Part shown: one piece after another, positions 1-9,728 of the stretch
Layout: every line of letters begins with the position of its first letter
Numbering within the stretch: position 1 is the stretch's first letter
Translations under genes and position numbers: made by a program
Notes under the pieces: generated by a model
Database searches by the model: none
Seen by the model: only the letters and a program-made list of their open reading frames with translations
What the model was told of the DNA's origin: nothing
Assembly (NCBI GenBank): GCA_049967695.1
Contig: JBMFSF010000001.1
Location: 925 to 64,924, forward strand
Source: Candidatus Micrarchaeia archaeon
GTDB taxonomy: Archaea; Micrarchaeota; Micrarchaeia; Micrarchaeales; Micrarchaeaceae
Direction: 5' to 3'
DNA length: 64,000 nucleotides

Positions 1-183
1 TGGCTTAAGAACTCTAGATGATCTATATTGCATCTCCTTTCCTTCTTTCTCTTGGCAGATTTTATCATTACAAAGTTTCTATCTATTACTTTGGTGATGA
101 TTGCTCTGCTTCCTGCATCTCTGCCATATTTTTTAATGCATACTCTTCCTTCTTCAGCTAGCATTTTATCACTTTTTAAATTT

Positions 184-720
184 TTAAATATCAATCCTGC
201 TTTTAACTAATGCCTCTATAACCTTAGCAGATTCTTTTATGCTTACTTTTTCAGTATTTATCTCTATGTCAAAAATTGAATGATCCATTACGTCTATTTT
301 GTATACATCCATAAAAGCCGCCTTTGCTATCCTGTCTTTTTCCTCGACAATCTTCATAGCTTTTTCCTTGCTTATTCCTAGTGTACTGGCCCTCCTTTCC
401 GCCCTGGCTTCCAAGCTTGCATTGAGCCATACTCTTACGGTCGGGTTGCTAATTATCCATGGCGAAAGCCATGTAGAAATAACGCAATCGCTTTTGTTAG
501 ACATCTCCTCTATTTCCCTGTCAAAATCGTTCGCATATTTTGCATCTGCAGTCTCTGCTACCTTGCTTGTGTGTTCAAGGTATTCTTTGTCTTGCACAAA
601 TTTTTTATAGGTAGAAGTAGACGCTTTTGTTATATGCGCTATATGCATAGAATGCGCTATCTCTTCTCCTATTGCAGTTTTCCCGCTTCCGCTAAGTCCA
701 CTTAGGCATATCTTGATCAT
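184..720 (-). CDS. cmk: cytidylate kinase, archaeal type
   Basis: 178-aa ORF with N-terminal P-loop GLSGSGKT. Size and position directly downstream of eL34 and the DUF106 gene match the conserved archaeal cluster tail (secY-adk-DUF106-cmk/L34e). Confidence 0.8.
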   Translation of the reverse strand: MIKICLSGLSGSGKTAIGEEIAHSMHIAHITKASTSTYKKFVQDKEYLEHTSKVAETADAKYANDFDREIEEMSNKSDCVISTWLSPWIISNPTVRVWLNASLEARAERRASTLGISKEKAMKIVEEKDRIAKAAFMDVYKIDVMDHSIFDIEINTEKVSIKESAKVIEALVKSRIDI

Positions 721-735
721 GCCAATCCTACGCTA

Positions 736-1068
736 TCAGTGTGCAACAAGCTGAAGTACATAATTTTTGTATTTTGTGCTTATATCATCAAGCTTTATGT
801 AGCCTTCTTCCACTCTGCTGCCGAGCTTTACGACCTCCGCAGTGCAGTCAGCGCAGAGCACACCTCCGAAAAGCCTGCTGTTTGTCCTTCTGGACTTTCC
901 TCCTTTGGCCTCTGTCCTTATTCCGTTAAGCTCTGCTCCGCATATTGCGCAATGCGGCATGCCTGTCTTATGCTTTTCATAGTGTACTACATTTCTACCT
1001 TTTGGGGTAACTCTTTTGAGCTTTCTAAAGCTATGAGATCTGTGCATTGGTTTAGGCAAAACAAACAC
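736..1068 (-). CDS. rpl34e: 50S ribosomal protein eL34 (L34e)
   Basis: LPKPMHRSHSFRKLKRVTPKGRNVVHYEKHK plus a zinc-ribbon-like CAICGAEL...CADC, the typical eL34 N-terminus and Cys pairs. The start is GTG at 1068; an alternative ATG lies at 1047. Confidence 0.85.
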   Translation of the reverse strand: MFVLPKPMHRSHSFRKLKRVTPKGRNVVHYEKHKTGMPHCAICGAELNGIRTEAKGGKSRRTNSRLFGGVLCADCTAEVVKLGSRVEEGYIKLDDISTKYKNYVLQLVAH

Positions 1069-1192
1069 CTTTTTATCCTACTAACATTTTAATGCTTAAT
1101 ATGAAAACATTGTATAGTATTCCTAGATATTTTAATCGATAAAAGCTAAAAGTCTATGCTATATATAAAATTTGAATCAAAGAAATAAAAAG

Positions 1193-1693
1193 CTATTGCC
1201 CTGGTTCGGAAGCAGGCTTTTTGTAAGCATCAGGGAATTCCTGCTTCATTTTCCTCCTATCATAAACCATTATTATGCCTTGTGCAATCATCCCTATTAC
1301 AAGTATCAATATGAAAAAGAAGGATTGGTATACTGCAAAATTGGTTGTCTTTGTTGCAAAAGGCTTTATTACAGTAGGCAGCGCCAAATAAGCTATTGCA
1401 AGATACAAAGGCAATATGACAAGCATGGGCTTTAGCTGAGCTTTCATTGTTTCGCTCATGATAGGGAACATCTCCCTCTGCTTTGCGAGCAGCTCCTCGT
1501 TTGATGCCTTGGCTTTTGCCATCTCCTTTAGCTCTTTCGCAAGCATGCTGGATTTCATCTGAAGCTCTCTTAGTCTTTTAGTGTTTACAAGCTTGCGCTG
1601 TAATAGTATGGTAATTCCTATATAAGCCAGTGCAAAAGCAACCAGCACCAGCACTCCATCGAGTGGCAATCCTAATATTGTCATGATCATCAT
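1193..1693 (-). CDS. DUF106 / EMC3-TMCO1-like membrane protein (archaeal YidC/Oxa1-like insertase candidate)
   Basis: 166 aa. An N-terminal TM is followed by a charged coiled segment (KRLRELQMKSSMLAKELKEMAKAK) and two more TMs. Topology and conserved neighbourhood with cmk/eL34 fit the DUF106 family. Confidence 0.6.
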   Translation of the reverse strand: MMIMTILGLPLDGVLVLVAFALAYIGITILLQRKLVNTKRLRELQMKSSMLAKELKEMAKAKASNEELLAKQREMFPIMSETMKAQLKPMLVILPLYLAIAYLALPTVIKPFATKTTNFAVYQSFFFILILVIGMIAQGIIMVYDRRKMKQEFPDAYKKPASEPGQ

Positions 1694-2311
1694 TTATTAT
1701 CTTTATATATCTTTAAATATTTAAGCTATTGCATGCTTTATCCCTTTTATTATCCCTTTTAGGTACTAATTATGTGGCTTCCTATGGCGCATCCTATTAG
1801 ATAAGCCTTGTTTATGCAGCACAGATTTTAAAATCTCATATATAAGATGCTAAAATAGCAACCAGAACAAAAAGCCAAATTAAAATAAAAATGTATTAAA
1901 ATTATATCCTACTTGAAACGATGTTACCTGGCAGGATGCCTACTGCGGAGGTCTTGTTATTGCTTATGCTGATTAGGGATAATTGGACGTGCATTTGTGC
2001 TGATGGAACAAAATATATAGGTATCTTGTAAGTATTTGATACGCATACAGTGAAATTTATATGTTGCGAAGGAGATATTTGTAAATTTATTGCTTCCCAG
2101 GAGATCATGTCGCAAGGGCAGATTTCTTAAATACTTCTATGAATATAAATAGATACAAATAGAATGTCGGAAACAAATTGCGTAATGTACGTCAGCTTTA
2201 CATATGCCTTTTGCATGTAATAAAACGAGACAAGGAATAGAAACATAAGCATACAACGTAGATTTTAATTTATAGTTTGTTGCTATATTTATAATTTTAA
2301 CATTTGATTTT

Positions 2312-2337
2312 AATGATAATATTAAATGATAATATTA
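2312..2337. repeat. perfect tandem duplication of the 13-mer AATGATAATATTA upstream of the dsrE-like gene
   Basis: Read directly: aatgataatatta at 2312-2324 and again at 2325-2337, 35-60 nt upstream of the ATG at 2372. Confidence 0.7.
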
Positions 2338-2371
2338 AAAAATTTTATTAAAAATATAACGCAGTGGTAAT

Positions 2372-2773
2372 ATGGACAAGCTTTCAATAATAATGTACTC
2401 GGGCACTCTAGAAAAATTTATACCTTTGGGTGTGCTTTCCCAGGCAGCAGCAGCCCTGAACTTCCAAGTAAATATCTTCGTGGCTGGCTTCGGGCTGTTG
2501 GGATTTTTAAAACAGGAGCAGGCACTTCCTTTTGCTAAAGAGTTTGAAGGATTTGCCCCACAGCTTATTGCAGGCATGGCAAAAAACAATGTCCCAAGCT
2601 GGAAGGCTATGCTTCATGATGCAAAGGCACACGGCGCAAAGATTTATGTATGTTCTATGACTGCTTCTGCAATGAACCTGAAAAAGGAGGACTTCGATCC
2701 GCTTGTAGATGATGTGGTTGGTGCAGCCTCCTTTATTCTTGCGGCCGAAGATGGCGAGGTTATATTTATCTGA
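2372..2773 (+). CDS. DsrE/DsrF-like sulfur-relay family protein (COG2210-type)
   Basis: 133 aa. The pattern (LSIIMYSGTLEKF..., conserved Cys in IYVCSMTASAM) resembles DsrE-like proteins. Its stop overlaps the start of a TusA-like gene (TGATG). Confidence 0.6.
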   Translation: MDKLSIIMYSGTLEKFIPLGVLSQAAAALNFQVNIFVAGFGLLGFLKQEQALPFAKEFEGFAPQLIAGMAKNNVPSWKAMLHDAKAHGAKIYVCSMTASAMNLKKEDFDPLVDDVVGAASFILAAEDGEVIFI

Positions 2774-3018
2774 TGGGTGCTAATATGGCAGAAAACACGA
2801 TAGTCGATGCAAGGGGTGCAGCATGTCCTGGGCCTATTGTATCTCTTTCATCAGCGTACAGGAATTCCAAAGTCGGAGATGTGATTGAGCTTTGGGCTAC
2901 AGATCCTGGAGTTAAAAGCGACGTAACTGCCTGGGCAGCAAAAACAGGCAACCAGATTGTCTCAATATCAGAAGATGCAGATAAGATAATAATTGTGATA
3001 AAAATAGTCAAAAGGTAG
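2773..3018 (+). CDS. tusA: TusA/SirA-like sulfurtransferase
   Basis: 81 aa carrying the family signature DARGAACPGPIV (CPxP active-site Cys) and the typical ~75-80 aa size. An alternative ATG lies at 2785. Confidence 0.8.
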   Translation: MGANMAENTIVDARGAACPGPIVSLSSAYRNSKVGDVIELWATDPGVKSDVTAWAAKTGNQIVSISEDADKIIIVIKIVKR

Positions 3019-3023
3019 CTTTA

Positions 3024-4313
3024 ATGGCAAAGAAGAAACTGTTTATTGTAGGTGGCGGAGCAGGCGCAACAATCCTTGCAAACCATGTCTCTATGAAGGA
3101 TTTTGATATTACTGTTATTTCAAATTCAGAAATGCATGTTTTTCAACCAGCATTCCTCTATATAGCGTTTAAGGGCGCAAGCCAAAACGTTGCTAGGCCA
3201 GAGAGGGAGCTGCTTAAAAAAGGCATATCTCTTATAATAAACGAGGTAAAGAAGATAGATCTGGAAGCAAGGAAAATATACACTAATTCCGAAGTTTATT
3301 CTTATGACTATATAGCAATTGCTACAGGCACTTCTTCTGATGTTTCATTTATTCAGGGGCTGAAAGAGGTAAATGCAGAATTCGGTGATTATCATACCAG
3401 CGCAACACAGGCAGCCAAGCTATGGTCAAAAATAAACAACTTTTTTGGAGGCACGATTGCAATAGGGCAGGCCTCTCCGGTAATAAAATGCCCTCCTTCT
3501 CCATTGGAAGGCGCTTTTTTGATCGAGGAGCTGCTCGCAAAAAAACATCTGAAGTCCAAATCAAGGATTGTGTTCTTTACGCCGTATCCTAGGGCATATT
3601 CTGCTGAGCCAGTAGATGAGCAGGTTGCTCCACTGCTGAAGGAAAGGGGCATAGAGGTAATGACTTTTTTTGATATAGACAGAATAGACATTCAAAATAA
3701 AATCATCTACTCAATAGAGGGGGACAGTATAAAGTATGACCTTCCGATAATAATTCCAGGGTTTGTTGGTACGCCGATAGAATTTGTTCAATCTGGGGTA
3801 AAAGACTCCTCAAATTTCATAATCGTAGACAAAAACACAATGAAGATAAGGCCTTATGATAACGCCTTTGCAATAGGCGATTGCACAAATCTACCTACTT
3901 CTAAAGCTGGCGTTGGGGCAGAACTAGAAGCAAAGACTGTTGCCAAAATACTTAATGGAGAGGCAGCAGAATTCAACGGAAGGACAAACTGCCCATTCGA
4001 TGTGGGCTACAATAAAGCCACTTTCGTGATAAGCTCTTATACCGAGCCTGCATTGCAATACCCGATAACAAGGATGAACCATTTCATGAAGATGATGATG
4101 GAAAGAATATACTGGCACACCCTAAGCGGTAGGTTTGATTTTATCTTTGATTCCTTCTTCAAGCGTACAGACCCTTCAAAACTCAAGCAAAAGTACGGAA
4201 TGAAAAAGAAGGGGGAGCTCGCACCAGGATTGCAAGGCAATCCAAACGCGGCTAAAGTGCAGACACAGCCCTCCCAGCAAAGTCAGGACGACACCCAAGC
4301 AGATCAGAAATAA
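3024..4313 (+). CDS. sulfide:quinone oxidoreductase-like FAD-dependent pyridine nucleotide-disulfide oxidoreductase
   Basis: N-terminal Rossmann motif LFIVGGGAGATILA. Cys-containing segments VIKCPPSPLEG and GRTNCPFDVG, plus AFAIGDCTNLPTSKAG, are typical of SQR/NDH-2-type flavoproteins. A Q/K/P-rich low-complexity C-terminal tail follows. Confidence 0.6.
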   Translation: MAKKKLFIVGGGAGATILANHVSMKDFDITVISNSEMHVFQPAFLYIAFKGASQNVARPERELLKKGISLIINEVKKIDLEARKIYTNSEVYSYDYIAIATGTSSDVSFIQGLKEVNAEFGDYHTSATQAAKLWSKINNFFGGTIAIGQASPVIKCPPSPLEGAFLIEELLAKKHLKSKSRIVFFTPYPRAYSAEPVDEQVAPLLKERGIEVMTFFDIDRIDIQNKIIYSIEGDSIKYDLPIIIPGFVGTPIEFVQSGVKDSSNFIIVDKNTMKIRPYDNAFAIGDCTNLPTSKAGVGAELEAKTVAKILNGEAAEFNGRTNCPFDVGYNKATFVISSYTEPALQYPITRMNHFMKMMMERIYWHTLSGRFDFIFDSFFKRTDPSKLKQKYGMKKKGELAPGLQGNPNAAKVQTQPSQQSQDDTQADQK

Positions 4314-4328
4314 GCTTTATTTTATTTT

Positions 4329-5222
4329 TTATTCAAATTTGGCGAGGAATTCCCATTTGTCATTAATTTCCTTTTCTATTTCTTCAACATCTTCATCGCT
4401 TATTCCTGAGAATCTTCCCTGCAAGCTTAGATATTTCCTTATTGGTTGCCTTGCCTCTGGCTTTGCAAACTGCTTGCTTATTTGCGATATGAAAAGCTTC
4501 TTGTTTTCGTATTCGTAAAGTATCCAGATTCCTGTTTCAACAGCCAGTTTGCCGACTTCTACGGTTTTGCTTGCGTCCATCCTCCATCCTGGCGGGCATG
4601 GCGAATACAGTTGTATAAACTTGGTCCCTTTATGGCTCTGTGCCTTTTTCAGCTTTTCTATAAAGTCTGTAGGGTAAGAAACACTGGCTGTTGCCATATA
4701 CTCAAGCTGGTGCATCATCATTATCAGAGAGACATCTTTCTTGAACTCTCTTTTGCCCTCGGGTGTTGTGGTGGTCCACGCTCCGTGGGGCGTAGAGGAG
4801 GAGCGCTGTATGCCTGTATTCATATAAGCTTCATTGTCATACATTACATATATTATATTCTCCCCCCTTTCCGCAGCGCCGCTCAGTGACTGGAGCCCTA
4901 TGTCTGCAGTTCCTCCGTCTCCGGCCCATGCCACTACTGTTCCTTTCTTTCCAAGCTTTTCAAATGCTTCTGCTATGCCGCTTGCCGCAGCACCTGCACC
5001 AGCCATTGCTATATTAAGCAATGGAAAAGATGCAGAGCTTTTTGGCCAGCCACCTTGTACAACACTGGCGCAGCTTGCAGGTATTACTACTACAGGATCA
5101 TCTATGGCTTTTGCCATGAGCCTCATGCCTAGCGAAAGCCCGCATCCTGGGCACGATGAATTCCCAGGTATCCATTTTTCCTCGGTTTTTATATCCTTTA
5201 ATATCATTTTACTCACCTTCAA
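4329..5222 (-). CDS. porB: pyruvate:ferredoxin oxidoreductase, beta subunit (TPP-binding)
   Basis: CPGCG near the N-terminus, TPP motif AWAGDGGTADIG...NEAYMNTG, and last position in a porGDAB-ordered operon. Confidence 0.9.
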   Translation of the reverse strand: MKVSKMILKDIKTEEKWIPGNSSCPGCGLSLGMRLMAKAIDDPVVVIPASCASVVQGGWPKSSASFPLLNIAMAGAGAAASGIAEAFEKLGKKGTVVAWAGDGGTADIGLQSLSGAAERGENIIYVMYDNEAYMNTGIQRSSSTPHGAWTTTTPEGKREFKKDVSLIMMMHQLEYMATASVSYPTDFIEKLKKAQSHKGTKFIQLYSPCPPGWRMDASKTVEVGKLAVETGIWILYEYENKKLFISQISKQFAKPEARQPIRKYLSLQGRFSGISDEDVEEIEKEINDKWEFLAKFE

Positions 5223-6376
5223 GATCTAAGATTTACCCATTCATCCCCTACCTGCCTCTTCATTGTAGATTTTACTATTTTTGAATAATCTGCAGGAGTT
5301 ATGTCTCTTCCCCCAAGCCCAGCTATATAGCTTTTGATGAAAGGTTTGTAGCCGGAATCGTATACGAAAGACTTTATTTCATGTGCAAGGATGTTGCCTA
5401 TGCCAACGGAAAGCGCTCTTTCCACTATAGAGACATTTTTCACGTTTTTCATCATTTCCACAATCTCCTCATTTGGAAATGGTCTCATTACTCTTATCCT
5501 TAGTTCTCCTGCTTTTATACCTTCACTTCTCAGGCTGTCTACTGCCGCCTTCGCATCGCCGCTTGAAGCACCCATCGTTATTATTAGATTGTCTGCATCG
5601 TCGCATTTGTAGCAGTCTATAAGCCCGTAGCTTCTTCCGGATATTTTGGAATAGCCATCTGCGATCTCTTTTATGACCTTTTTTGCTTTCTGCATTGCCT
5701 GGAAGATTTTGTACCTGTGCTCCATCCACTCGTTCTGGTCTATGACATTTCCTACAGTCAATGGGCTGTCAATATCAAGAGCGTATGCGGGCATTCTCTT
5801 TCCCAAGAATTTTTGCACGTCATCTTTGCTTGGCTTGCTTACCGGCATGCTTGTGTGGGTAAGTATAAAGCCGTCAAGCCCAACCATTACTGGTAGCGAT
5901 AGCCTGCTGTCTTCTCCTATTTTGAAAGCTTGTATTGTGGTATCGAGCGCCTCCTGGTTGTCTTCCACCATTATCTGGATCCAGCCGCTGCTCTGCTGTA
6001 TCATGAAATCTGTGTGCTCGTTCAATATGCTCCAAGGAGCCGCCATTGCTCTTGTTGCTACTGCCATTACCATGGGCAGCCTTGCATGTGCAGCCCAGTA
6101 TACAGTTTCCGCCATATACATTAAGCCGTGGCTGGAGGTCGCAGTAAAAACCCTTGCGCCTGCAGCACTTGCGCCTATGCATGCACTCATCGCACTGTGT
6201 TCTGAATCTACTTTTATAAATTTGCTTTGCATTTCTTTTGCTGCAATGTAGGTTGAGAGGTCTTCCACAATCTCTGTTTGCGGGGTTATTGGAAATGCCG
6301 CGATTATGTCAGGATCTGCGAGTTTTACGCCCGTGGCCACGCTTCTGCTTCCGCTCATAACTTCTACATCTGCCAT
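5219..6376 (-). CDS. porA: pyruvate:ferredoxin oxidoreductase, alpha subunit
   Basis: 385 aa. AAFPITPQTEIVE and SEHSAMSACIGASAAGARVFTATSSHGL are characteristic of 2-oxoacid:ferredoxin oxidoreductase alpha subunits. A 4-nt overlap links it to porB. Confidence 0.9.
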   Translation of the reverse strand: MADVEVMSGSRSVATGVKLADPDIIAAFPITPQTEIVEDLSTYIAAKEMQSKFIKVDSEHSAMSACIGASAAGARVFTATSSHGLMYMAETVYWAAHARLPMVMAVATRAMAAPWSILNEHTDFMIQQSSGWIQIMVEDNQEALDTTIQAFKIGEDSRLSLPVMVGLDGFILTHTSMPVSKPSKDDVQKFLGKRMPAYALDIDSPLTVGNVIDQNEWMEHRYKIFQAMQKAKKVIKEIADGYSKISGRSYGLIDCYKCDDADNLIITMGASSGDAKAAVDSLRSEGIKAGELRIRVMRPFPNEEIVEMMKNVKNVSIVERALSVGIGNILAHEIKSFVYDSGYKPFIKSYIAGLGGRDITPADYSKIVKSTMKRQVGDEWVNLRS

Positions 6377-6377
6377 T

Positions 6378-6686
6378 TTACTCCTCCTTTTTCATATCTA
6401 TTGCCTTTACCGGGCACTCGTTTGCGCATATGCCACATCCCTTGCAGTAGTCGTAGTTTACCTCTACGCTGTTGTCCGCATGCCTTATTATAGTTGCCTC
6501 AGGGCACGCAGTCCAGCATATCAGGCATTTTATGCACTTATCATTGTTTACTACAGGCCTTTCAAGCCTCCATTCATTGGTTTTGCCCCCAGCTCCGAAA
6601 TCCGCCTTTGAAACTGGATACTCTTCTTTTATCTTGCTTATGTCATTGGTAGGCAGAACATATACCCCAATCTCTTTCATGCCCAT
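6378..6686 (-). CDS. porD: pyruvate:ferredoxin oxidoreductase, delta subunit (2x[4Fe-4S] ferredoxin)
   Basis: Two CxxCxxCxxxCP motifs: CIKCLICWTACPE and CKGCGICANECP. Size is 102 aa, and the gene lies between porG and porA. Confidence 0.9.
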   Translation of the reverse strand: MGMKEIGVYVLPTNDISKIKEEYPVSKADFGAGGKTNEWRLERPVVNNDKCIKCLICWTACPEATIIRHADNSVEVNYDYCKGCGICANECPVKAIDMKKEE

Positions 6687-6690
6687 TTGA

Positions 6691-7266
6691 TCATCTCAAA
6701 ACATTACAGTTTTCATATCCCTTCTCTGCTGCTGCTATGTTTTTATCAGCAAGCGGCTTGGGCCAATAATCTGCTATAGCTTTTTTTGCCGAATCTATGC
6801 TTATAACGTTAGACGCTTTGGCAAGCGCGCCAAGCATTGCCGTGTTAATTACCGGCCAGCCAGCTACAACAAGATTTAGCTCTTGTGCTATTGATATTGC
6901 GTCTACGTAAGCGAATTTTGCATCTGGCATTGCTTTTACATATTCTTCTATATCCGATTTGTCGCTGGCATTGAAAAGGATTGTCCCGTTCTTTTTTATC
7001 ATGTTTATGCTTATCTCTTCTTTTGCAAGCTTCAATAGCTCCTTATCCAGGACCATTATAATGTCCGCATTATAAATCTGGCTGTGCAGAGTTATTGGTT
7101 TGTCATCTATCCTTGCAAAAGATCTAACTGGTGCGCCTCTTCTTTCACCACCAAAAAAAGGAAATGCCTGTGAATATTTTCCTTCAAAATAACCTGCTCT
7201 GGCAATCAATTCAGAAGCGATGACAGCACCATGCCCTCCTCTTCCATAAAGTAGTATTTCCTGCAT
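6691..7266 (-). CDS. porG: pyruvate:ferredoxin oxidoreductase, gamma subunit
   Basis: 191 aa. GRGGHGAVIASELIA...FGGERRGAP is typical of the gamma subunit. It is the first gene of the operon. Confidence 0.9.
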   Translation of the reverse strand: MQEILLYGRGGHGAVIASELIARAGYFEGKYSQAFPFFGGERRGAPVRSFARIDDKPITLHSQIYNADIIMVLDKELLKLAKEEISINMIKKNGTILFNASDKSDIEEYVKAMPDAKFAYVDAISIAQELNLVVAGWPVINTAMLGALAKASNVISIDSAKKAIADYWPKPLADKNIAAAEKGYENCNVLR

Positions 7267-7407
7267 TTACCCACTTTATATTATTTTGTTTTAACTAATA
7301 AAAACCTGCCTATTTTTATCTTATCCTATTTAAATTTACGATAGAAATCCGTTTAAGCGCTTTTCACAAAATATATTAATCTTAATTGCGTAAAATGTAA
7401 TGAGAAC

Positions 7408-9564
7408 ATGTTCAATATAATGCTGGCAGCGTTGCATTTCATAATACTCAGCTTTGGGGCAATATACAGCCTAATACCTATTATTCTTATACTTCTTTTG
7501 ATAATAGCTGCCGCAGGCCTTGGCAGAGGTCTTGGCATTTTTGATCTGCTGGGTGTGGGCACGCTTCTGGGGTTGACTAAAGGTGCAGCAAAAGGAGGCA
7601 CAGGTAGGGGATTGACAAGAAGGTACGGTCTTTATGGGGATAGTAGCAATTATTCAAGGTTCAAATCTACTACTGCTTATGTAGGGCCTTGGTATAAGTC
7701 TGTTTCTAAAACCGCAAGCAGCACGCAGGCAGCAAAAAAGAACTTAGAAACAGTTGGCAAGCAGGTAGTGCCAGATTCTAATAAAGGTAAAGGGTTTTTT
7801 TTAACTCCTTCGGGCCGTAGGATTGGAGATATAAATCTGGCTGTTTTAGCTGCAGATCCACGTATAAAAAAGCTGCAATCTGGAATTGATCGTTTGAAGC
7901 AAAAGCAAACCAAGTCTCAGAACTTTTTCCTTAGTCATTTGTATTTTGGGGGCGATTCAAAGAACGCGCAATTTACGCTAAAAGGGCTTCAAGCATCAAG
8001 AAACGGCGTCGGTGCAAAAAATATTTATGATATAAGGAATGCCAAGATAGCAAAACTCGAAGAATCCCTTGAAAAGAGGAAAAACCTGCTTCTTGGAAAG
8101 CAGGCTTTAAAAGCATCCTTGCTTAAAAATGGCAGGCTTGATATGAAATCAAGGATGATCCTAGGGCTTTCTGGTATAATACCTGCGTATTTCTTCGTAA
8201 GAGACTTTAAACCCAACAATGACATAAGCAATCTGGCAGGAATGAATGGTTCAGTTTTCAAGCAGAGATTAAGCACTTTGGGTGCTGATAAAATAATAAA
8301 AAAAGCAAGCCAGCAGAATTTGCAAGACCTTATAAATGCAAGCCACACTAATCCAACTGCAAAAGCTAATCTAGACCTCCTTATTGGTTCAGCCACATTG
8401 GTGGGTTTTTCAAAGCTAGCTTCTATTATGCCATCAAAAGATCTGGCAGAATTCATAGACAAGTCCAATATAAATGCTTATTCAACCTCTTTAAAAAGAT
8501 ATTGGCTCGATAAAAATAAAGATAATCCACAAATTAAAAAAATAATCTCTCAGCTTAATTTGAATACAAATAATATCAAAAATTTTAATGATGCTCAAAT
8601 AAATGAGGTATTTGACCGCTTCTCAAAAAGCCCTATGATGGTAACTGGTAGCAATGCTGTTGCAATGAAAGAAGCAAATTCCATACAAGCTAAAACAAAC
8701 AAAATGCAGCTTTTGTACATGCACAGCAGAAATGAGCTCAGCAAAAGAGCTTTGAAATCAGGCTACGTAACGCCTCAGCAAGCAGATGAAGCAAGATCTA
8801 TATTGGAACAGCATGGCATAATTAACAAAGATTATATAATGGTTGGCGCAGCAGTTGCTGCTTCTGGGCAAGGGGCATTTATTAATAAAAAGCGCATAAC
8901 AGAGTCCTATTTGCGCCAGCTTGGCAAAGATAATTTTAGTAATGTAAGTGCAAACAATCACGCTATCCGACCTCCAACAGATTCTGCAGCCCTGCCTTTT
9001 GATACAAATGTCACTAGAGATACCAGCGACTGGCAAACATTTTTCAAACAGTACAGTGGTGCAGGGGCATGGAAGCCAAAAATAACAATCGGCAGCAAGA
9101 GTGTGATAGATTCTAGCCCGTCTACGTGGGAACGCCCAAACCCTTTTTTGGATCCCTACTGGCATAATTCTGGATCTACTCAACCAGTAATTATAAAACC
9201 CCCCGCTACCAATCCAACTAAAAATAACAATAGTGGTGATACAGCAGGAATAGGGAAGGATGAGGAAAGGGAGGCGTATGAAAAAAAGAGAGAAGAAGTA
9301 AGAAACGCACATCTGAAAAGTAGGCTTGATATACAGAATGAGTTATCAAAGCAGCAGTATGAAATGGAAACAGGCTTAACTAATTCTGCACCTCAACAAA
9401 ATGCAGTTATAGATCACACGTCTGCGCTTTACAACCAGCCAGAGCATAAGCCCAAAAGGCAGGATATACAGCCTCCGCCACAAACAGGGCATGAAAGCAC
9501 CGAAACACAGAACCCTTCTAAAGCACCTAAAACGCAGCAGCCATCGAAAAGGAAAAAGAAATAA
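7408..9564 (+). CDS. large orphan protein: N-terminal TM region, K/N/Q-rich body, proline/glutamine-rich basic tail
   Basis: 718-aa uninterrupted ORF; only shadow ORFs lie on the other strand. Hydrophobic N-terminus (LHFIILSFGAIYSLIPIILILLLIIAAAG). No recognisable catalytic motif. Confidence 0.5.
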   Translation: MFNIMLAALHFIILSFGAIYSLIPIILILLLIIAAAGLGRGLGIFDLLGVGTLLGLTKGAAKGGTGRGLTRRYGLYGDSSNYSRFKSTTAYVGPWYKSVSKTASSTQAAKKNLETVGKQVVPDSNKGKGFFLTPSGRRIGDINLAVLAADPRIKKLQSGIDRLKQKQTKSQNFFLSHLYFGGDSKNAQFTLKGLQASRNGVGAKNIYDIRNAKIAKLEESLEKRKNLLLGKQALKASLLKNGRLDMKSRMILGLSGIIPAYFFVRDFKPNNDISNLAGMNGSVFKQRLSTLGADKIIKKASQQNLQDLINASHTNPTAKANLDLLIGSATLVGFSKLASIMPSKDLAEFIDKSNINAYSTSLKRYWLDKNKDNPQIKKIISQLNLNTNNIKNFNDAQINEVFDRFSKSPMMVTGSNAVAMKEANSIQAKTNKMQLLYMHSRNELSKRALKSGYVTPQQADEARSILEQHGIINKDYIMVGAAVAASGQGAFINKKRITESYLRQLGKDNFSNVSANNHAIRPPTDSAALPFDTNVTRDTSDWQTFFKQYSGAGAWKPKITIGSKSVIDSSPSTWERPNPFLDPYWHNSGSTQPVIIKPPATNPTKNNNSGDTAGIGKDEEREAYEKKREEVRNAHLKSRLDIQNELSKQQYEMETGLTNSAPQQNAVIDHTSALYNQPEHKPKRQDIQPPPQTGHESTETQNPSKAPKTQQPSKRKKK

Positions 9565-9728
9565 AAGAAATAATAGGAAATATATGTAACAAACTACGCC
9601 CAAATATGGCCGCAATTGCATTAATATTAATATCTGGCTAACTAAATAATATATTAATTAATTTAGTAAAAAATATAATCTAGAACTTGCTTAATACCAG
9701 CTTCAATATAAAAGATGATAGTGTTAGG

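Noticed and set aside
1902-2108. 68-aa minus-strand ORF in the long intergenic region 1694-2371.
   Set aside because: It has no motif, no upstream ribosome-binding-like sequence that I could see, and a composition typical of random ORFs. The region is better described as a long non-coding spacer pending expression data.
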